Assembly (NCBI GenBank): GCA_951406725.2
Contig: OX597825.1
Span: forward strand, 2,790,001 to 2,854,000
Length of the DNA: 64,000 nt
Source: Octopus vulgaris
Taxonomy: Eukaryota
Direction: 5' to 3'
Each line of letters opens with the position of its first letter. The first letter of the stretch is position 1. Below the pieces are notes generated by a model. It had not been told where the DNA came from. It made no database searches and saw nothing but the letters and a program-made list of their open reading frames with translations. Of this stretch, positions 53,892 to 64,000 are shown piece by piece. Made by a program: the position numbers and the translations under genes.

Positions 53892-55363
53892 ACACACCTC
53901 GAAATCTCTTCTTTTTTCTCCCCCTTTAAAGAACTGCAATCAACTCAATTTGCTCTTAATACTAATTACCTCCAGCTCGTCTCTTCTTCTCTCCTGTTTC
54001 GTTCCTCTTCCTTTCTGCAACTTTCTTCTTCAATCTCTCTATCTCTCGCTCTCGTTCTCTTTCTCTCCTTTGTTTTCTTCCTCAGTCTTTCTTTCTCCCC
54101 TTGTCTCTCTCTCTCTCTCACACACAAACACACATACACACTATCTCAGACACAAAACACCTAAATTGAAGAACGTGTGCAGATACTGATATACCCGCAA
54201 GCATGCCACACACACACAAGCACACACACACACACACACATACACACACACACATAGACACACACACATGCACAGACAATCATACGCAAACACAGAGGCA
54301 CATACGCACACACATTCACACACATACGCACACAAATATGTGGACTTATATATCATTTGTTTACATTCATTTCCTGAAAGCAAAATGCCACCTTTTCCTC
54401 ACCAATATTTGCGTTGCACTCTTGTTTTCTCCCTACTTCTATATATCTCTTTCTCTTCTTCATATTCTCTTATTCTCTATCTAACTGTATGTCTGTCTGT
54501 CTCTCTGCATGTCTATCTATCTATCTATTTATCCATCTATCAATCTAACTTACTAGTTATCTTTCCAACCTATATCTCTATGCCTGGTTGTGTGCGTGTG
54601 TACGCATCGACTGAGTGCGACAATGTCTTTATAGAAATATCTATTTCTTCTGAAAGTTGCTATCCATATATTTACGATCCAACTTGCCTACATTACTGCC
54701 TGATCACATCCATCCGTTAAAAAATAGTTCCTATGTGCCCTTGCTATATCTTCTTAATGGTAACTATGTTATTTGTATAAACCTCTATTTCATTTTCCTC
54801 AGTGTGTTATGTAGATAATATATATTGATGACGATCGGAGATACTTGTTTGAAACAGTAAGGTGTTTGCCAGTAAATCTTTGGTTAAAGCTTCTATATTT
54901 TAGTTTACATATATTTATGTTATGCACCATTACGCTTGTAATATATTTATAAAAATTTAATCAGTTTCGGCAAATGCGAGAACGTTTAAAATAAATGTTA
55001 GACTTTGGATGTTTGATACTAAGAACGAAATTTATACATATATTATGAAGTATTCTAGATCTATAAAAATGGTTTCAAGTCAGTGTTCAGCAGAGCGTAA
55101 ACAGACCCATAATTATGTTAATTGTTCATACGTTAAGTTTTAATTTGCAAATATGAATATTGAACACATAAGCTAGAAATACGAGAAATGAAAATGAAAA
55201 TTTGTAAAAATTTTCTCTCGAGGCAGGAAAGCTTAAAGAGAATAGCGATGTTCAACATACAACATGAGATAGAGCAAGGAGGCACATTTTCATTTGCTCT
55301 GTTTTATTTTGGCCTTAAAATAAGAGGATTTGAAAGAGAATGCCAGCATCAATATTACATTAG

Positions 55364-55456
<93 letters not shown>

Positions 55457-55564
55457 ATGTATATATGCACCTACTTATCGACACTTATAGCTGTCTATCG
55501 GACATTTTGTGTTTGTCTATCTATATATATATGATAACTTATATGAATTTTATACATATATATA

Positions 55565-56384
55565 TTTCCCAACCGCGCTTTTCGAACTTCTGTGATGTGA
55601 TCTTTGCTGTGTGGGGTCGCGCATCATCCTGATGAAACACCAATCGTGGTCGATTCACTAAAGCGGGTCTTTTTTCCTTTGAAGCTTGGTTCAAACGCCA
55701 TACTTGCTGACAGTAGACTTGAACATTGATTGTCGCATTAAGTGGCAACAATTCAAAGTGAATTACTCCTTTGAAATCTCAGCAGATAGAGAGAAGCACC
55801 TATTTTCCACGAAGTTCTCTTCTCGGTTGTGGTCGACCTTTGCGGTTGCTTTCGAACAGTTCATGAGGCACACATTTTCCAAGATTAGGAACCTCTCCAA
55901 GTTGTTGAAATTGACGATAAACAGTTGTATGGTTTGAACTAAGCTTTATTGCCAATTCTTCAACTGATGATGCAGGATTTTCTTCAAGTAATGCCTCACA
56001 GCCCTTATCATCAAACTCCTGTTCCATCTTCATCTTCAGGGCTGAAATCTCCACTTCTGAATTTTGCAAACCGTCTTCTGCAAGTTCTTTCATTCAAGCG
56101 TCGTTTCCTATAAACTGAGTCTATGTTTCGAGTCGCCTCGCCTGCAGAGTTTCCTCATAAATATTATGTGCCTCAAATACTCTTTGGATACTTCCATGTT
56201 ATAAAAGGTTTTAATCAAAGAAATTTTAATTCTATTATTCTGTAAAATAATATTTCATTAGTTTAAATGTACACAAATGCATAAAAATAATTCATAATCC
56301 CATTAGACATTCTAAAATACTATTAAATTTCCTTCAATTTTAAGAAAAGTTAAAATCGGACAGAACTTATGGGATGACCTGATA
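55565..56384 (-). mobile_element. Defective mariner (DD34D) element, 5' portion
   Basis: TIR TA-TCAGGTCATCCCATAAGTTCTG at 56361-56384. Peptides ALLEENPASSVEELA..LGKCVPHEL (WVPHEL) and YCQQV.RL...KEKRPALVNR..VFHQDDARPHTAKIT. The first catalytic D region is deleted and the copy ends before YSPDL. Confidence 0.9.
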
Positions 56385-57339
56385 ACTTATATGGTTGATT
56401 TATTCCTGGTACCTACAACAACCACACAAAATACAAACACATACATAGATGTAACTCCAAACTGACGAAAAAACTAACGACGAAACTGCGAGAAGGAAAA
56501 AACACAAAAACAATCGCCTTCAATATAAGGACAATCTCCAATATCGGAAATATCACTGTCCGATTTTTAAATATCTTTTTCAACGTCATCAATTGTGGCT
56601 ATTGAAAAAGAAAAAAATCATAGAAGAATTTCAAACAAGTAAACCAGAAAATATCTGAAGTACTCCAGAATCGAAGGAACTCAAATCTAAATTGGAGAAT
56701 GATTCGATAACGATTGTAAGTTATTTGCCGTCACGAGAAGAGCTGTTTCCGTTCAGTGAAGGTGTGTCATCGCAACGAATGTTTGCCAGAGATGCATTAT
56801 TACGATATTATACAGTAAACCTCTGAAAGTTGTAACCTGAATTCAATCATTCTTGGCAATAAGCCTGTCCGTATGACGTGATACCTATAGAAATCATGTA
56901 AATTTGAAGGCTGAAAAGACAAGTTATCGTCGTATTATTCATTTGCAGGGGGGTAGGAACGTACAACATTCACCATTAAATAATAAGTCGCAGTGTGAGA
57001 CCCGATATCATTGTGATTTTTGAAATGCAATAATACAAAATGTCGTTCTTATTCTTGGCCAACAAGGAAGTTGCAGTTTCATTTAAGAAAATCTTCGGAT
57101 TCACTTTAAATAAATGTCATAAGTATCATTAATGAATATGCAAGTATATATTCATGTGTCACAGACATACATGAATATACATATGAATATCTATCTATTT
57201 ATCTGTGTGTGCGTGTTTGAGTTTGGATATGCGGGTAACGTGTGTGCGTACGCGAGTGTGGTGCTTTGCATGCATATAACTCCTGCATGCTAAAATCTTA
57301 AAGGTATTAACCATATTTGTGAATTTCTCGCAACATATT

Positions 57340-57500
57340 GGCAAGAATATTTCCCGAAACGCCTCATTTGCCATCTTGCTCCAATCATCTGCCAAGAATC
57401 CAATGCAACTTTCATTGCGAAAGTGGTCCTATTGATAAAAATCGTTCTGTGAAAGAAATGCAGCAGAAATCTATACGAAACCTTTTGTTCATCTCTCCAA
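57340..57500 (-). mobile_element. Possible mariner 5' end remnant
   Basis: TIR-like ATTGGAGAGATGAACAAAAGGTTTCG, then SKMANEAFREI resembling the first HTH. Weak. Confidence 0.3.
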
Positions 57501-58362
57501 TCCATTTGACAATTAATATTGAGCAGGGGAGAGCATTTAACAAACGTGTTTCACCGCCTACGTTTGTTCATGTATCCTGGTGTGACAATTACATGCTACA
57601 AAACTGCTGAGTTTTATATAAACAGTGGTATTATTCATAGAGCAATGTTAAACACGGAGTGATATATGGATGTGTATAAGCAAACGTTCCTTTCACTAAC
57701 TTGATTTCTACTAGATTTGAAAAGCTCTTTAATTCACATGAAATATTGGTTGGGACAAAATATTACATGAAATACATGTACTATTGTAGGTCACAAAGTG
57801 AAGCACCTAGCTACTTGTAAACCAGCGTGTGCTAGCTCACAATATATTCAGCATGCAAGCTTGTTCGATCACTTTTCGAACACTTGTCTCAAATTTGGAT
57901 ACCTATCAGTTCTGCTGATATGGAAGCACTTTTGAATTCTTACAGGATATATGCAGAGTGCGTTCAATCTTGGATTTATCAAGCATGTCTGAGCTCAAAG
58001 ACAAAATTGTTTGAATAATTTCAAGGAATGTTCTCAAATGCCATCATTGGGTTTAAATATTTGTATTGTCTTTTGAAATGTGCGTATGTATCGAATTCAA
58101 TTTTGTATTAAATTCAATTTTGATTTTAACATATTTTCTCCATTTTTATACTTGTATATGGTATCTTTGTACCTAAAACGAATTTTTCAATTATTATTTT
58201 CAAATCTTGATACTTGGTCTTGGAGATTTTTAAGAATATGATGAATGTTTGATTGGAAATTATTATTTCACAGTTTTGGGATCATTCAAAAAGTATAAAT
58301 TCTTCTTTTTGAACTCATTTTCTCTCATCTATATATATACACACACGCACGCACACACATAC

Positions 58363-58466
<104 letters not shown>

Positions 58467-58483
58467 TACGTATATACACCTCA

Positions 58484-58529
<46 letters not shown>

Positions 58530-58658
58530 TATTATATTATATTATAATTTTTATATATATATTTTTTATATATATATTTTTTATATATATATTTTTTATA
58601 TGTATTTTTTATGTATATTTTTTATTTTTATTTTTTTTTTTTTTAATTTTTTTTTATT

Positions 58659-58731
<73 letters not shown>

Positions 58732-59046
58732 TATTTATCCATTCTTTCATCTAACTTACCACTGACTCCTTGACCACTCCCCCAAGTATGATATTTTGCG
58801 CTATGCCTACCCCCAAAAAAGCCCCCACCACCACTCCTTTAAACCTGCCTAAATGTATAAATGCTAATACAATTCTTGTTAAATAGCTTCCTGAAGATTT
58901 CTCTTGAATGAAACAGTACTAGTCCTGTAGAAGCTCCTTCTATATAATAAATTAATTTTACTCTGCTATGTATTGAGTACCTTACTTACTGTGGTTAACC
59001 CCGAATCAACCCGGGACCTACATATATATATATATATATATACACA

Positions 59047-59883
59047 TATCAGGCTGAGTAAAAAGTAAGCAACGTTTTGTAACATTAAATTCATCACAGT
59101 ATTTTTCAACAATACACAAATGTATTCATCAAACCCAATAGCATCACAATCAACACATTTTTGCCAATGAGTTTCAAGTTTGTTTATTCCGGTAACATAA
59201 ACATCTGGAGGTCTCGAGCTGATGAACTCTTTGTACGCACTCTCGGCATCGGTTTGATTTTTGAACTCCTCTCGCAGGAAAATATCAAGGTGCTTCAAAA
59301 AGTGGTAGTAGCTAGGAGAAGGTTCTGGAAAATAAGCTGGGCGGGGGAGAACTTCGTAGCCAAGATTCCTCAGCTTCGGGAGCGTCGTAGTGGATGGGTT
59401 TAGCAGTAAACCACCATAACCTTCCTTTTGAAGAGTTCGGGTTTAGGAAAGATTTTAAGGTGCTTCATTTTGTTCCAGCCACTGCGTAGAATATTTAGTA
59501 TTGTACAGAATCCGCTTTTCATCGCATAGAAAATAAAATGGTCTGGTTACGAAGAAGAGGCGACAAGCAAGTTTCTTATCTGAACATATCTGATTTTCAT
59601 TCAAACCATCTGGTTTCCAGTTGTCGAGATTTTTCTGAATTTCCGATGGCATGCAAATCGGTGCAGGCGGTTTTGTGGCTAACCTGAAGTTCTATTGCCA
59701 GTTCTCAAGTGGTTTTACGTGGATCTTTGTCAATGACAGTCTTTAATTGAACGTCCACTTTGCTCACGACGTCCACTTTGCTCACGACCTTCAATCCTGA
59801 AGTCTCCACTGCGAAATCATTTAAACCATTTTCGAGTTGATCATTCACTGGTAATTTTCTCATCAAACCTTTCGTTGATAATT
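59047..59883 (-). mobile_element. Defective mariner (DD34D) element, 3' portion
   Basis: TIR TA-TCAGGCTGAGTAAAAAGTAAGCAACG from 59047. Peptides QLKTVIDKDPRKTT, CDEKRILYN..QWL, GYEVLPRPAYFPEPSPSYYHFLKHLD and GINKLETHWQKCVD. The HDNARPH region is deleted; 18-bp tandem duplication at 59751-59786. Confidence 0.9.
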
Positions 59884-59888
59884 GTGTG

Positions 59889-59985
59889 TGTATGTATGTA
59901 TGTATGTATGTATGTATGTATGTATGTATGTATGTATGTATGTATGTATGTATGCATGTATGTATGTACGTATGTATGTATGTAT
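59889..59985. repeat. (TATG)n microsatellite
   Basis: Read directly. Confidence 0.95.
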
Positions 59986-60401
59986 ATATACAGAAACACA
60001 CACATACACACGCTTCTATATATATATACATGTGAGTGTATCTTGATATATAAACACATGTATACGCATATATCAATAACTTTATTCTTCTGCTCCATTT
60101 CTAATGCATGTCATCCAGTCTCATCAGAGTTCATTCACCAAAGAGGCCGTCCGTGCAGACCTGCAGCAAACTAAATCCACAATATCCCTTAATTAGTTTT
60201 AGAATCAAATAAACGAACGCTATTTCTGGGTGGGGAGCATTTAATTGCTTCATTGACAGCCTAATCCTTTTATAGGTAATTATCGTGGGTAGGTTTCAGA
60301 CTATATGCAAATGATTTTATCTGTTGACAACAAAGTATATGTTAGTACACGTTTTCCCGATGTATAAAAGCATTGGTTTATGTGTAAGAGTGTGTTCGAA
60401 T

Positions 60402-60413
60402 ATATCTAACTAT

Positions 60414-60501
<88 letters not shown>

Positions 60502-60502
60502 A

Positions 60503-60553
<51 letters not shown>

Positions 60554-60570
60554 TTATATATATATCTATC
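60402..60570. repeat. (TATC)n microsatellite
   Basis: Read directly. Confidence 0.97.
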
Positions 60571-60686
60571 ACTTTCTCTCTCAGCCTTCTCTTTCTCTGC
60601 TCATATATATGTATACGTAGATACATGCATGTGAGTGTTTGTGTATGTGTGTGTGTGTGTGTGTTTGTGTTTGTGTGTGTGTGTGA

Positions 60687-60730
<44 letters not shown>

Positions 60731-62100
60731 ATATACATATGCATTTGATGAAAGTTTTGGAGAGAAGTAAGAGCAAAACCGAATATACTCGAAAGTGGAA
60801 CGATTTATAGTAGCATGCAAAACTAATAACTGGAAGGGAAAGAGAAAGAGAGAGAGAGAATTTGTGTAAGCGAGAAAGAAAAATGTGATTGAGTGCTTCA
60901 AAATACGTGGATGCGTATGCGAGCTTATGTATGCTTATACGCATGAGCAAATTTGCGTTTGAGTTTATCAGAATTTGTGCAAGATGGTTTAGGTAAGTTT
61001 ATGTAATATGTAACGCCATCCATCTTGAGATAGTATGCGGATATACGTATATAATAATCTCAATCACAATTTCTTGGAGGGTTCCCTATTTTCCTTCTGT
61101 AAATCATTAGAAAGAAACAGTTTCGTTGTCAACCCTGGTCTCGTGATGTGTACATCTATAACAAAAGCAAGCAACTATGATGAGGATGAAAAGTAAAAGC
61201 GAAGAAAGATCAGTTAGATGAAATAACAGTGGAGAGTACGAGCAAAAGTTACGGTGAGTAAGAGAATTATTTAACTCCTTAATAACCGGAAATTTGTCGA
61301 GGCGGATTATCGGAAGCGGATTATCAGATTTCTGGCATAAAATGTTGCATTGTATTTTGTTCCATGTCGAGACCTGTACTTAAGGATGAAATATTCCATT
61401 TTATTTTCGAATTAAATTTTTATTCTTCAATTCCCAAATTGTGCGGAACAATGCGGTTTCATGACATCTATTGGAATCACATAATCCTGTGCGTAAACAT
61501 ATTCGACTGGAAATTAAAAGAGATCAACGTATGCCTAATACGCACCACAGTGGTATTATTAAATTATTCAGAGCTTTGTGGAAATCTACCACTAGCAAAG
61601 CATGTAGAATCTAGAAGGCAGATATTACGATTAATGAATTTAATATCAATAGTGTATTCTTAAGTATGATATAGGTGAAAGTTTGATTGTTTGCAGGAAA
61701 TTAGCAGAACATTTTCATTTTACATTAGTACACAACCTAACAAAGGAAAGCAAAATTCTTTTATTTCGATGTTAGCATTAGTTAAGTGGAAGTTAAATTT
61801 TGGATATTTTAAACTTTTGGATATATTTACAAATATCTATATATTTAGAACATCGAATTACCAGTAACTGCAATATTGAATTAACAAATATAAAACAAAT
61901 TAATTGGATTACATACGCAGGTACTCCAAGAAATAAGAATATTACTGAAATCAAAATTTTCGAGAGATGTTTGGTAGAAAGAATTTGGCTTAAATCCTAT
62001 GTGAATAAGCCTAAGTGTAATTGAAGGGTCCAGGTTTCTGAGAATGTTCCTTGTTCAAATCGGTTAAGGATTAACATGTGTGTATGTGTACAGACATATA

Positions 62101-62222
<122 letters not shown>

Positions 62223-62529
62223 TGTCTGTACACATACACACACATATACACATGCAGTGCGAGAATAAGGCAGAAAGTTCAACTACATTATTGCAACCTG
62301 TCTTCCAGATACGTTTCTATGAACAAGTATCAAACACCTTAAGATAAAACCGTTCAGATATTGTTGGGTGGAATCTCGATGAAAATATATATCGTATTGG
62401 GGGAATCAGCAGTATTCTGGACAAAAAATGGTTAGAAAAATACAAGATTAAGAAGATATTTATGAACCATTGATAAGGTGTTTGCAAATCAACAACCTCA
62501 AATACACATTCGGTTTCATACCTATTATT

Positions 62530-63200
62530 ATTGGAAGAAAAGGATAACTACCAATCCGTCTGGAACACTTTTTTGATGAACGTTGGTTCTTGAGGAGAGA
62601 CCATAAATCCTTCATTCATAAACTACAAATAATCACGGTATCTGTGATGATAAAACCTGCAATCATTCTTCAGATTAAAGGATGATGAACAACAACTGCT
62701 ATTAGCTATTAGCAATTCCATCATGAAAATTTTCAAATCTTCCTCTTTAGCAATATCTGTTAATTGAAGTGGATTTTGTAGAGGTTTTGCTTTCCCGTCT
62801 CTATTCGCAACTTGATTTAGTTTTATTTGCATCAATTCCTCGTTGGATAAACTTTCGCTTCGGGTCACTAGGAAATCGATAACATCAACGAGTGCAAGTT
62901 CTTTCAAACGCTATATTATTTAGAAGTGCTACAATACCTTCCCGAAATTAATATAGACTTTCTGCTGGTGGAATACACATAAAATAAAGCATACAATCAG
63001 GTCGTATATTTTACAGGGCACCATTTAAATGTGAGGGTTGCTTTTCATTCTCAGTGGTGGTATCACTTCGTTTCTTAACCTAAACGTCTCTCGGATGATA
63101 ACAACTGTAAGTTTATTCTGGATGTTTTCGTAAGCTACTGGAAAGGGCTTCTCAAAATAGAAGTTAAATATTCCACATTACTCTGTTAGCTGGAAGAAAG
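62530..63200 (-). pseudogene. Tigger/pogo-type transposase C-terminal remnant
   Basis: QPSHLNGACKNIRPDC (cf. ..tmNg.WKklwP.c), DVIDFLVTRSESLSNEELMQI (cf. DV.ELL.SH.E.LsNEEL), YHHRY and KKVFQT in Tigger order; frameshifted. Confidence 0.6.
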
Positions 63201-63318
63201 ATGTAATGCTGACGATGTATTCTGTTATCTATTGATCGGAAAACTTATTTAAATCCACCAATTGGTTTGGTACAGAATCTAATGCGACAATGTTCTGTTG
63301 GAAATATTACGCCTGGCA

Positions 63319-63362
63319 AATGCGACAAGCTGGCAAAATCGTCCGTTCTAAGTTCAATTCCA
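63319..63362 (+). mobile_element. Internally deleted SINE family A head
   Basis: GCGACAAGCTGGCAAAATCGT joined to CGTTCTAAGTTCAATTCC, matching 19124-19144 and 19189-19207. Confidence 0.45.
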
Positions 63363-64000
63363 CACATTTGCTATCATATTTCTATAGATATACGAACTGC
63401 CGTGAGAAGAATAAATGATGAATAAAAGTACGGGATGTGGTTTTGTATGATTAATTTAATTGACGGGTCACTGACGTCATGGGTATTTTACCTTTGCTAC
63501 TCTGAGTGAGCCATTGAAACTCCAAACACTACACTTTGTCTTTCTCCACACACACCGATTTCTTGACAGGAAGCATATGAAGCTACAGACATTGCCATCC
63601 TGTTCGTAATATTATCAGTGCTGGTTACCAATTGGTTATTCAAGAGTTGATGGCGCAGTAGAGGAGATAGTGCTGTGTGCTAATCTTAGTGATGGTCGTG
63701 CAAGCGAGTTTCGATCTATCATTGGTGTTTAGTCAAAAACCATTGACCTATGATCAAAGACAATTCATTCAACAGTTCCAAATAACACTATAGTACCGTA
63801 TTATTTTCTGTGATTGTTATTTTATTTTCGATGCAAATCTTTTTATAATTCATAACATTTTTGTTTTTTCAGTTGTGTATTAATTAGTGGTATTGTAATG
63901 ATGCTATTTGTTTTGGTCGCGGTTTTATGCATTCTTTTGTTTCTGATAGACACACAACCAAACACATGCGTGCGCGCACACACACACACACACACACACA

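Noticed and set aside
58520-58740. Long T-rich gradient as a retro-copy poly(A) tail or 174-aa membrane protein
   Set aside because: It grades out of (TA)n into homopolymer with no attached element or TSD; probably low-quality consensus or simple-repeat decay. The same caution applies to 48050-48520.

Overview
AT-rich, microsatellite-dense eukaryotic non-coding DNA. The SINE families and repeat landscape look like an Octopus (coleoid cephalopod) genome; this is inference from recalled repeat motifs, not a search. I find no supportable host protein-coding exon, rRNA, genuine tRNA gene or CRISPR array, so the window reads as a large intron or intergenic region. Almost all ORF-track entries are microsatellite read-throughs. 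The recognisable content is transposon-derived: three tRNA-derived SINE families, four Penelope-like (PLE, GIY-YIG) remnants, a Tx1/L1-type LINE 3' end, an RTE 3' end, several mariner/Tc1 remnants, a Tigger/pogo remnant, a possible piggyBac remnant, Helitron/HINE-like elements and two 32-bp minisatellites. Best leads: (1) a PLE 3' repeat with a tRNA-like Pol III promoter directly upstream of an intact minimal hammerhead ribozyme (24200-24654); (2) a SINE family whose 3' tail is shared with a Tx1/L1 LINE that sits inside a (TATC)n array; (3) a young PLE fold-back with ~330-bp arms; (4) two pre-miRNA-sized hairpins in unique sequence.
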